Shown here: one piece after another, positions 36,779-44,644 of the stretch
Position numbering within the stretch: the first letter of the stretch is position 1
How the letters are laid out: each line of letters starts with the position of its first letter
Assembly: GCA_036258735.1 (NCBI GenBank)
Contig: DATADC010000008.1
Location: 1-63,373, forward strand
Direction of reading: 5' to 3'
DNA: 63,373 bases
Origin: Candidatus Limnocylindria bacterium
Lineage (GTDB): Bacteria > Chloroflexota > Limnocylindria > QHBO01
The notes under the pieces: generated by a model
Databases searched by the model: none
What the model saw: only the letters and a program-made list of their open reading frames with translations
What the model was told of the DNA's origin: nothing
Program-made: the position numbers and the translations under genes

Positions 36779-38472
36779 CGCTCCCCCACCAGCGATGGAT
36801 CCAGCGTCATGACGGCTGGCTCACGTACCACGGCGTCGCGCCAGGCGGCCAGCACGGCGCGCCGGTCGTCCGGCCGGCGTGGTACCGGCAGCGGCACGCC
36901 ACGGGCGTCGAGCACGAGGCCCACCGCGCCGCCCATCGCCATCGCGGTCATGCGCCGGGCGCGACGCGCGCCGCCCAGCGACGCGCCCTGGAGCAGTTCG
37001 ATCTCCAGCTCCGCCTCGTGACCACGAGCCAGCGGCACGACCTGGAGCTGCCCGGTCCGCACGTCCAGCGGCCCGATTGGCGGCCACCCTGTGCGGTGAA
37101 CCGTGACCCGCATCACGACCTGCCCCGGGCGGCCGCCGCGAGTCACGACTGACGTCCCGAGCGGGACCAGCAGGTCGTCACGCAGGACGCCCATGCCCTC
37201 CGCGATCTCGCTGTCGTCCAGGGCGCCGAGCGGGGGGAGCACGCCCGAGCTGTCGAGGGCCAGCTGGGTCACCCCCACCGGCCGCACGCCGTCCAGCAGC
37301 AGCTGCACCGCGTGCGAGGGCCGCGGCGCGGCAGCCAGGCTGCGGCCGGCGCCGATCAGCAGGTCGATGCCCTCCTCCATCTCGCCGCGCTCCGAGTCGG
37401 CCGCGGCCGCCAGCTGGTGTCGTACGGCGGCCTGCATGATGGCCAGCTCGTCCTCCGTCTGGGGCAGCGTCGCCGGTCGAGCGTGCAGGTTCTGGAGGCC
37501 GTCGGCCACTGCCATCTCGTCGATGAGCATCGGGATCCAGCGCGCCAGCCGACCCGGGCCACCGCCCGCCAGCCGGGCACCGGCCAGCCCTCCGGCGGCG
37601 AAGACACGGCTCTCGGCGCTTCCGGACTCGTCGGCCTGCGCCCACGTCAGGTAGCGCGCGCCGACATCCACGCCCACGATGCGTCGCCCCGCGCTCGCCG
37701 CCAGCTGCGACACCGAGCGCCGAAAGGCGACCGGCGTGTGCTGCCGGGTGCCGGCGGGCTCGACGACCCGCTGGAGCAGGTCCTCCAGCGCGTGACGCAG
37801 TGGCACCGGGTTCTCGCGGGTGGGTGCCGGCCGCGGGTTGTCGACCACCGTCACCGCTCCCTGCTCGAACAGCAGCGCGACGTCATCGGCCAGGGACGCA
37901 GCACCGGCCCAGATGACTGGAGCGTCGGAACTGCCGCGGGCAGCGGCGACGAGGCTCGCCATCTCCAGCGCCTGGTCGGCGCCGGCCGCGTCGAAGCCGC
38001 CGCACAGCAGCCAGGCGTCGACCTCGGCGTCCTGGAGGGCGGCGACGCGATCGACCAGCGAGCGCCCGTCGTCGGCGGTGGCACTCACCTCGACGGTCCA
38101 GCCTGCCGACTCGGCGGCGCGGCGGGCCGACGCCCCTGACAGCTCGGCGGACACGGCCCCCAGCGCCAGGCGCCCGGCCCGGCGCGGCGTGTGGCACGAG
38201 ATGCGCGGCGCGACCGCGAGGAGTTCGGGCAGGCGATCAGCCACGCGCCGGTCGACGACGCCCACCAGCCGCGCGACGAGCGAGGACCGCAGCTCCGCCT
38301 CTCCCCAGGCGGTCGGCTGCGCGACGTGGGCTGCCAGGCGCCACCTGCCGCGTGACCTGGCCACGACCGCCGCCTTGGTCCACGCCGATCCCGCGTCGAC
38401 CAGCAGCGTCATCTCGGCGGCCACGCGCGGCCGCTCCTCGACGGCATCCCGCGCTACCGGCCGCTCGTTCAC
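36775..38472 (-). CDS. GlmL/MutL-family (glutamate mutase L-like) actin/Hsp70-fold putative ATPase
   Basis: N-terminal phosphate-1-like motif MTLLVDAGSAWTKAAVV (compare GlmL iDfGSTfTK), a second nucleotide-fold repeat (RIVGVDVGARY) and about 565 aa length. GTG 38472 overlaps the upstream stop (GTGA); ATG 38411 is an alternative. Confidence 0.7.
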   Translation of the reverse strand: MNERPVARDAVEERPRVAAEMTLLVDAGSAWTKAAVVARSRGRWRLAAHVAQPTAWGEAELRSSLVARLVGVVDRRVADRLPELLAVAPRISCHTPRRAGRLALGAVSAELSGASARRAAESAGWTVEVSATADDGRSLVDRVAALQDAEVDAWLLCGGFDAAGADQALEMASLVAAARGSSDAPVIWAGAASLADDVALLFEQGAVTVVDNPRPAPTRENPVPLRHALEDLLQRVVEPAGTRQHTPVAFRRSVSQLAASAGRRIVGVDVGARYLTWAQADESGSAESRVFAAGGLAGARLAGGGPGRLARWIPMLIDEMAVADGLQNLHARPATLPQTEDELAIMQAAVRHQLAAAADSERGEMEEGIDLLIGAGRSLAAAPRPSHAVQLLLDGVRPVGVTQLALDSSGVLPPLGALDDSEIAEGMGVLRDDLLVPLGTSVVTRGGRPGQVVMRVTVHRTGWPPIGPLDVRTGQLQVVPLARGHEAELEIELLQGASLGGARRARRMTAMAMGGAVGLVLDARGVPLPVPRRPDDRRAVLAAWRDAVVREPAVMTLDPSLVGER

Positions 38473-39113
38473 CGTACGATCCCGAGCCAGTCGCCAAGCA
38501 GGAACCGCACCCGATCGAGGAGCAGGGCGAGGCGGCTCACCAGCAGGAACCCCAGCCAGCCGCCGATGCCGCCGAGCAGCAGCCACTGGCCGGCGCCGGC
38601 GGCTGCCGCGGCGACGCGCCCGCGCCGCACGCCGTGCAGGAAGGTGAACAGCACCAGGCCGGTGATGGCCAGCCCGAGCAGCGCGCTGGCGAGGTCGGCA
38701 CCGGCCGCAGACGCCGGCAGCACGGTGGCACCCAGCTGCGGCAGCAGGGTTCCGACCACGGCTCCGCCAAGAGCGAACGCCGCGGTGGCCGCCACCAGGA
38801 GCGATACGGGCACCGACGCAGCGAGCGGGGGCAGCCAGCGCCCGGCCACCAGCAGCGCCACCAGCGCCAGGCCAAGCCACGACAGCGGCACGCCGCCAGG
38901 GTCGGCCGCGAGCGGCAGCAACAGCCGCGGCACCAGCACCTCGCGGACGGAGACCACGACGAGGTAGCCTGTCGCCAGCCCGGCGAGCAGGTACTGGGCC
39001 AGGCGGAAGATGCGGGCGCCGCCCGCGAAGTAGGACCATACGCCCACCGTGACCGCGGCCGCGACCCAGGTCGCCGCCGTGCCGGCCGCGTCGGTCCCGG
39101 CAAAGCCGTTCAT
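38469..39113 (-). CDS. polytopic membrane protein (about 6 TM), cassette gene 6
   Basis: Alternating hydrophobic helices throughout (WVAAAVTVGVWSYF, LAQYLLAGLATGYLVVV, LGLALVALLVAG, LLVAATAAFALGGAVVG, LLGLAITGLVLFTFL, WLLLGGIGGWLGFLLV). ATGA overlap with the upstream gene. Confidence 0.7.
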   Translation of the reverse strand: MNGFAGTDAAGTAATWVAAAVTVGVWSYFAGGARIFRLAQYLLAGLATGYLVVVSVREVLVPRLLLPLAADPGGVPLSWLGLALVALLVAGRWLPPLAASVPVSLLVAATAAFALGGAVVGTLLPQLGATVLPASAAGADLASALLGLAITGLVLFTFLHGVRRGRVAAAAAGAGQWLLLGGIGGWLGFLLVSRLALLLDRVRFLLGDWLGIVR

Positions 39114-39940
39114 GCCTGCTCGTCCGGCTCACGGCGACCAGGCGTCGCATCCGGCCGGCGCACGACGTACAGGGCGCGCCCGATCACGCCCAGCGCGACG
39201 AGCATGCCTGCCAGCATGGGGAGCGCGGCCGGCTGGGCCTCGCCATCGCCCACGCCGCTCGCGAAGGTGGCGCCGTCGCGCACCGTGGCCAGCAGCCCGG
39301 CCAGCTGCCCCGTGCGCAGGTAGGGAGCCACCTCCGGCTGGAGGAAGGTAGGCACGACGGCCAGCACCGGCATGTCGGGAACCCGGGTGACAACCTGCTC
39401 GACCCAGGTTCGCGGGCCGATGTCGAGGCCGCCAACCACGAGCGTCATGTCGAACGCCGCGATCCCGGCGGCCGCATCCGCGAAGGCCGCGGGGAACGAG
39501 GCCCCGGCAGCCCCGAACTGCGTCACCGACAGGACCAGGCCCGCCTCGGCGCCGGCCACGAAGCCGAGGTCCAGCACGCGCCCGGCGTCCGCACCGCCGG
39601 CGATCAGGCGTTCGACCTCCGCCGCCGCCGCGGCTCGGCCTTCCGGGGTGTAGCTCACGAAGGCGATCCGCGCGCCGCGCTCCAGCAGCTCGGAGAGCGC
39701 GGCACGAACCGTGGCCCGGATCTCCGGGTACGTGCCGAGGTCGGGATCCATGCCGACCAGGACCATGGCGTCGTCGGGGAGGCCGTCGAGCGCGGCCGTG
39801 ACCTCGGTGGCGCGCGCCGGATCCGGGTTGGCGACCTGCAGCCAGCTACCCGCCGCGTCGCTCAGCAGCAGCGCAGCCGCCACCACCGCCAGCAATGCGG
39901 CAGGCCACAGCCACGGCCGGGCTGCGACACGCTCAATCAT
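39110..39940 (-). CDS. membrane-anchored protein with N- and C-terminal TM helices and a large intervening domain, cassette gene 5
   Basis: N-terminal TM PWLWPAALLAVVAAALLL, an alpha/beta-like about 220-aa domain, and C-terminal TM ALPMLAGMLVALGVIGRALYVV. ATG 39940 overlaps the upstream stop by 8 nt. Confidence 0.7.
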   Translation of the reverse strand: MIERVAARPWLWPAALLAVVAAALLLSDAAGSWLQVANPDPARATEVTAALDGLPDDAMVLVGMDPDLGTYPEIRATVRAALSELLERGARIAFVSYTPEGRAAAAAEVERLIAGGADAGRVLDLGFVAGAEAGLVLSVTQFGAAGASFPAAFADAAAGIAAFDMTLVVGGLDIGPRTWVEQVVTRVPDMPVLAVVPTFLQPEVAPYLRTGQLAGLLATVRDGATFASGVGDGEAQPAALPMLAGMLVALGVIGRALYVVRRPDATPGRREPDEQA

Positions 39941-40550
39941 CGGCGCTGCCGACGGCCAGCAGGACGCGTGCGGCATATGTCGCGGCGACGATTGCGACCC
40001 CGATCAGGAGCCCACGAAAGACGGCACCCACCGGGACGGCAAGCGCCCAGGCCGATGTCCCCGCCAGCCACGCCCCCAGCGTCCCGCCCAGGGGCAGCAG
40101 CAGGATGACGGCTGCGGCCGCTGCCAGCAGCATGACGACCATCTGGCGTGAGCGAAGCGCCATGCCGCGCTGCATGGCGGCCAGCAGGAAGACGAAGAGC
40201 ATGGCGAACAGCGCGGCAATGAGGGGTGCCAGGAGGGCCGCCACGAGCCAGCGCACGGCGGGGTCGGCCGAACCGGCCGATCCGGGGTAGAAGCCCGCCA
40301 GCAGCATGGCGGCCATGCCGGCCAGCAGCACACCCGACCCCAGCCGGTCACCTCCGGTTCGTGCCAGCTGCCCGCCGTGGTGGACCAGGAGCGTGGCCCC
40401 GCCCAGGACAGCCGCTCCGGCGGCCAGGACAACCACGAGCTCCAGCACGCCCTGGGCGACGCCCGCCACCAGCGGGTTGATGACGACGAAGTTGACGAGC
40501 AGCAGCAGCCCAATCAGGACCACGATCGTGGCCGGAAGGGACCTGCGCAC
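39933..40550 (-). CDS. polytopic membrane protein, cassette gene 4
   Basis: About 6 hydrophobic helices. GTG 40550 lies 1 nt after the upstream stop with a G-rich SD-like run; alternative TTG 40592 would overlap the upstream gene by 41 nt. Confidence 0.65.
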   Translation of the reverse strand: MRRSLPATIVVLIGLLLLVNFVVINPLVAGVAQGVLELVVVLAAGAAVLGGATLLVHHGGQLARTGGDRLGSGVLLAGMAAMLLAGFYPGSAGSADPAVRWLVAALLAPLIAALFAMLFVFLLAAMQRGMALRSRQMVVMLLAAAAAVILLLPLGGTLGAWLAGTSAWALAVPVGAVFRGLLIGVAIVAATYAARVLLAVGSADD

Positions 40551-40551
40551 G

Positions 40552-41391
40552 TCAGGCCCCCGCCAGGACCGTGGTGACGTCCACTCCTGCAACCCAGGCC
40601 AGCAGTGAGCCGAGGGCGATCACCGCCAGCGCCACCAGCAGCAGGCGGTTGGCGGCGAGCACGCCGGTTCGATCCGCCCGGCCGCGGATGTCGCTGGTCG
40701 CCTGGAAGAGCTCGGGACCGATCATGGTCCCCTCGCCGGTCAGCAGCACCGACGACGCCTGTGACGGCGCCGCGGTGCCGAAGCTGGACGAGGCCGCGCC
40801 CCGGCTGGCGCCGTACAGCAGAAGCAGCCCCTCCTCGGCCAGCCCTCCGGCCGCGAAGCTGGCTGCCGGCGACCCGCCGCGCGCCAGGGCGGTCGCGGCG
40901 GCCGTGGCTCGACCCTCGCCGAGGTACTCGGCCGACGACCGCGAGCGCCGCTCGAGCGTCTCGGTGCGCCGGTGCGCGTCGTCGAGGACGGCACGAGCCA
41001 TGCCCGCCGCCACGGCGTCGTTGGACGTCACTCGCAGCGGAACGCCGCTGCGGGCAGCGGCGCGGGCCACGACGCTCAGGACGCCGATCCCGGCCAGGGT
41101 CTGGAGGCGATCCAGCGACGAGGTGGCGCGCGCCACGCCGGCCGTGCCCAGCGAGAAGGCGGCCACGCCTCCGGACTCGGCCGCCAGCGCCATGGCCCGC
41201 CCAACCGATGCCAACCGGCCGAGATCGCGCACCGTCCAGCGGGTCGACGGCCTGGCCACCAGCGAAAGGATCACCAGCATCACCGTGAGCAGCGTCACCG
41301 TGGCGATCGGCCCCAGGCGCAGGGAGGAGGCTCCCACCTGCTCGCCGATGAACGCGACCAGGCCCCCGAGCAGGCTGCCCAGGTCGGGCAT
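40552..41391 (-). CDS. membrane protein with Ala/Gly/Ser-rich central domain flanked by TM helices, cassette gene 3
   Basis: TM helices near the N-terminus (PIATVTLLTVMLVILSLVA) and C-terminus (LLLVALAVIALGSLLAWVAGV). ATG shares 1 nt with the upstream stop (TGATG). Confidence 0.7.
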   Translation of the reverse strand: MPDLGSLLGGLVAFIGEQVGASSLRLGPIATVTLLTVMLVILSLVARPSTRWTVRDLGRLASVGRAMALAAESGGVAAFSLGTAGVARATSSLDRLQTLAGIGVLSVVARAAARSGVPLRVTSNDAVAAGMARAVLDDAHRRTETLERRSRSSAEYLGEGRATAAATALARGGSPAASFAAGGLAEEGLLLLYGASRGAASSSFGTAAPSQASSVLLTGEGTMIGPELFQATSDIRGRADRTGVLAANRLLLVALAVIALGSLLAWVAGVDVTTVLAGA

Positions 41392-41636
41392 CAGCCGCCG
41401 GCCCCCGCGCGCAGGCGTGCCAGCAGGCGGTCGTACTCGGCCTCGTCGAGCAGCGTGCGCTCCAGCGCCTCGGCGCCCTCACGCCACAAGGGCCGTGTCA
41501 CCGGCAGGAGGAACGTGGCTCCCACGGACAGCAGCGGGCGGAGCGGCCGGTGCGCCTCGAGCAGGAGCAGCGCCGGGGCCGCCAGTCCGCGGCGCTCGAG
41601 CTCGCCGACGGCCCGCTCCAGCGGGGAATCGCTCAC
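41391..41636 (-). CDS. small hypothetical protein (81 aa), cassette gene 2
   Basis: GTG 41636 overlaps the macro-domain gene stop (GTGA). Helical, Leu/Arg/Glu-rich with one hydrophobic stretch (LLSVGATFLLPV). Confidence 0.6.
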   Translation of the reverse strand: MSDSPLERAVGELERRGLAAPALLLLEAHRPLRPLLSVGATFLLPVTRPLWREGAEALERTLLDEAEYDRLLARLRAGAGG

Positions 41637-42160
41637 GCGGTGGCCCGCATCGCCGCCAGTGCGGATCCGTAGGCGACCGCCTCCGCCGGACCGCTCACCG
41701 CAACGACCAGCGAGGCCGGCAGCGGCGCGCCGAACGTCGCTCGATCGGTGAGCACGCGGGCAAGCACACTGGCGGCGGCGGCCGGGTCGAACACCCCGCG
41801 TTCGACGCCGACGGGTGCCACCGCCAGGCGTGCGAGCCCCAGGCGAGCGGCGAGCTCGAGGCCGGCGTCCAGGGCGCGTCGCAGACGCGCGGCGTCGGGC
41901 TGCAGGTCGTGGCCCACGCCCACCACGTGGATCACGTACGGGGCCGCCAGCTCTCCGCCGCCGGTGACGACCGCTGTGCCCGCCTCCACGGGTCCCTGCT
42001 GGACGGCGTCCCGCTCGACCGCCTCCCCGGCGCGCAGCCGCAGGGCGCGCGCCACGGGCGCGGTCATGAACAGGCTCTCGTTGGCCGGAACCAGGATCGC
42101 GTCGACCTCAAGCTCGGCGATCTCCCCCTGCCACACGTCGATCTCGATCGGGACTGCCAT
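41633..42160 (-). CDS. divergent macro-domain protein, cassette gene 1
   Basis: IEIDVWQGEIAELEVDAILVPANESL...YVIHVVGVG...LARLAVAPVGVERGVF follows the macro-domain layout (qGDIt...vDAIVNAAN...hvvgP...iafP.IStGvyG). The Gly-rich GGGVDGAI loop is replaced by FMTAPVARAL. Confidence 0.65.
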   Translation of the reverse strand: MAVPIEIDVWQGEIAELEVDAILVPANESLFMTAPVARALRLRAGEAVERDAVQQGPVEAGTAVVTGGGELAAPYVIHVVGVGHDLQPDAARLRRALDAGLELAARLGLARLAVAPVGVERGVFDPAAAASVLARVLTDRATFGAPLPASLVVAVSGPAEAVAYGSALAAMRATA

Positions 42161-42200
42161 CTTGCTCGCTCGGTGCAGCGCCAGCCGGATTGGGGAACGG

Positions 42201-43349
42201 CTATGCGCCGTGGTGCAGGCGCGGTAGCCGTCGCCGGAGGGCGGTGGTGACTTCGTAGTTGATGGTGCGACGCTCGGCGGCCACCTCGTCGGCCGAGATC
42301 TGGGCCCCCTGCTGCTCGCCGATCAGGACGAACTCGTCGGCGTAGGTTACATCATCGATCTGGCCCACATCGACGGTGATGCCGTCCATGCTGACCGTGC
42401 CCACGATCGGGGCGTGGCGCCCTCGCACCAGCACCGTGCCGTTGTTGGTATGCAGCCGGGGCCACCCGTCGCCGTAACCGATGCCGAGGGTTGCGATCCG
42501 GGTCGCGCGCTCGGCGCGGAAGCGCAGCCCGTAGCTGATGGCCGCGCCGGCCGGCAGGTCGAAGATGCGCAGCGGCAGCGCCTTGAGGCTGAGGACGGGC
42601 CGCAGGCCGTGGTCGCGTTCGGCCGCCCAGGCGGGCGCCAGGCCGTAGAGGCCGATGCCCGGGCGCACGGCATCGGCGTACGACCCTGCACCGGCCAGGA
42701 TGCCTCCGGTGGCCGCCAGGTGCACGAGCCCTGGGTCGACCCCTGCCGAGCGCATGGCGTCCAGCGTCTGTGCCAGGCGCAGCTGCTGCACCTCGGTGTA
42801 GGCGTCGTCCTCGCCGGCCGAGGCCAGGTGGCTGAACGTGCCGGCCAGCCGCAGGCTTCGGCTGCGCGCGATCCGGGCGCCTAGCGAGAGTGCCTCCTCC
42901 GGCAGCGCCCCCTGGCGGCCGAGGCCGGTGTCGACCTTGAGGTGCACCGGCACGCGCCGGCCCGCGAGCGCGGCAGCGGCCTCCAGCAGGCCGATGGCCC
43001 GCTCGTCGTAGACGACCGCCTCTAGCTCGCGCTCGACGACCGCGGCCGCCTCCGGCGGACCGATGCCCCACAGCACGAGGATCGGCAGCTCGATCCCGCC
43101 GTCGCGCAGCTCGAGTGCCTCGCCCGCGGTCGCGACCGCCAGCCGCTCCACGCCGGCGCGCGCCAGCGTGCGCGAGACCTCCAGCGCGCCGTGTCCGTAG
43201 GCGTCCGCCTTGACCACCGCGACGACCTGCTTGTCGGCGCCCGCCAGCCCACGCAGCTGCGCCAGGTTGGCTCGCAGGGCAGCGTGGTCGACCTCGAGCC
43301 AGGCCCGATGCGGGCTGCGCGGCGTCTCGGCGTGGGGCATGCCGCTCAC
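42201..43349 (-). CDS. alr: alanine racemase
   Basis: PLP-Lys motif VVAVVKADAYGHGALEVSR and C-terminal VSMDGITVDV. GTG 43349 overlaps the nnrD stop (GTGA); ATG 43340 is an alternative. Confidence 0.9.
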   Translation of the reverse strand: MSGMPHAETPRSPHRAWLEVDHAALRANLAQLRGLAGADKQVVAVVKADAYGHGALEVSRTLARAGVERLAVATAGEALELRDGGIELPILVLWGIGPPEAAAVVERELEAVVYDERAIGLLEAAAALAGRRVPVHLKVDTGLGRQGALPEEALSLGARIARSRSLRLAGTFSHLASAGEDDAYTEVQQLRLAQTLDAMRSAGVDPGLVHLAATGGILAGAGSYADAVRPGIGLYGLAPAWAAERDHGLRPVLSLKALPLRIFDLPAGAAISYGLRFRAERATRIATLGIGYGDGWPRLHTNNGTVLVRGRHAPIVGTVSMDGITVDVGQIDDVTYADEFVLIGEQQGAQISADEVAAERRTINYEVTTALRRRLPRLHHGA

Positions 43350-44254
43350 CGGCGCTCACCGCGGAGCTGCGATTGCGCCTCCGGCAGCAGGGCCGCCACG
43401 TCTCGGGCGATGACCCCTGCTCGACCGATGCGCTCCTCGGCCAGCAGGCCGGCGGCGCCGTGCACCGCCACCCCGCAGCCCGCGGCGGCGACCGGGTCGC
43501 AGCCGGCGGCCATGAGGGCCGCGATGCAGCCGGCGAGCACGTCGCCGCTGCCGGCGGTGGCGAGCGCAGGCGTCGCGACGTCTGAGCGCAGCGTCTCGCC
43601 GTCGGGCGTGGCGATCACGGTGCGGGCGCCCTTGAGCACCACGACCTTTCCCCAGCGGACCGCCGCCTCGCCGGCGGCTGCGGCCCGCGCATCGTCGTCG
43701 TCGGCGGCCACCACGTCACGTTCGCCGGCGCCGCTGAGCCGCGCGAACTCGCGCGGGTGTGGCGTGAGCACCGCCCAATGCGGCAGCTGGCGCCACCAGC
43801 CGCGGGCGTCGGACAGGGAGTTGAGGGCGTCGGCGTCGATCACCACCGGCCGATCCAGGTCCGCCAGGAAGCTGCGCGTCCGCCGCTGCGTGGCCGGATG
43901 CCGGCCCAGGCCGGGACCCACGACCACGGCGTCATACGCCGCCGCCTCCGCCGCCAGGCGGCGCCAGCCGGGCGGTGCCACCACGCCGGGCCCCTCCTCG
44001 GGCAGCAGCATGGCGGTCAGCTCGGGCATGGCACCAAGGAGCCGCAGGCCGACCGACTCGGCCGTGGCCAGGCAAACGAGGCCGGCGCCGGCCCGCGCGG
44101 CGCCCATGCCGGTCAGCAGCGCGGCGCCGGCGTACTCGTGCGAGCCGGCCACCACCAGCACGCGACCGAACGTGCCCTTGTGGGAGCGCGACGGCCGCTG
44201 GGGCAGCCGGTCGGCGACCCACCGCTGCGTCAGCGAGCGGACCGCCGCCGGCAT
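43346..44254 (-). CDS. nnrD: ADP-dependent NAD(P)H-hydrate dehydratase (YjeF C-terminal domain only)
   Basis: HKGTFGRVLVVAGSHEYAGAALLTGMGAARAG...ATAGSGDVLAGCIAALMA. ATG 44254 abuts the acpS stop. No epimerase (YjeF_N) domain. Confidence 0.8.
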   Translation of the reverse strand: MPAAVRSLTQRWVADRLPQRPSRSHKGTFGRVLVVAGSHEYAGAALLTGMGAARAGAGLVCLATAESVGLRLLGAMPELTAMLLPEEGPGVVAPPGWRRLAAEAAAYDAVVVGPGLGRHPATQRRTRSFLADLDRPVVIDADALNSLSDARGWWRQLPHWAVLTPHPREFARLSGAGERDVVAADDDDARAAAAGEAAVRWGKVVVLKGARTVIATPDGETLRSDVATPALATAGSGDVLAGCIAALMAAGCDPVAAAGCGVAVHGAAGLLAEERIGRAGVIARDVAALLPEAQSQLRGERR

Positions 44255-44634
44255 CAACCCCGCTCGGACCGATGGGCGACCGCTACGGCCACCGCCTGCT
44301 TGCGCTCGTGCGTGATGGAGACAGACACCTCCTCGAGGCCCATCCATTGCGCCCGGGCCAGCGCCCGCGCGTGGAGGTAGACCTGTGGCGCGCCGGCCCG
44401 GTTTGGCAGGATCTCGATCTCGCGCCAGCCGACCCCGCGGACCCCTAGGCCCAGCACCTTGCTGATGGCCTCCTTGGCCGCCCAGCGCCCCGCGATGCGC
44501 TCAATTCGGCCGCGACAGTAGGCTGCCTCGGCATCGGTCAGGACGCGCGTGGTGAAGCGCTGCGGGAAGCGGTCGAGCACGCGCACGATCCGCTCGATGT
44601 CGACCAGGTCGACGCCGATCTCGTGCCGGCTCAT
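44254..44634 (-). CDS. acpS: holo-[acyl-carrier-protein] synthase
   Basis: IGVDLVDIERI...RVLTDAEAAYC...WAAKEAISKVLGLG...ISITHE. Confidence 0.85.
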   Translation of the reverse strand: MSRHEIGVDLVDIERIVRVLDRFPQRFTTRVLTDAEAAYCRGRIERIAGRWAAKEAISKVLGLGVRGVGWREIEILPNRAGAPQVYLHARALARAQWMGLEEVSVSITHERKQAVAVAVAHRSERG

Positions 44635-44644
44635 GCGGGACGCG

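Noticed and set aside
25938-39150. ORF-track 5' extensions that make giant composite proteins: 25938..27875, 26019..27827, 32983..34797, 34559..35365, 35212..36081, 36775..39150. Outside this span the same applies to 50496..51479 and 55841..57316.
   Set aside because: The conserved protein begins at an internal ATG/GTG that typically overlaps the upstream gene's stop. The upstream part runs through a neighbouring gene in another frame and is compositional junk. I trimmed the starts accordingly.
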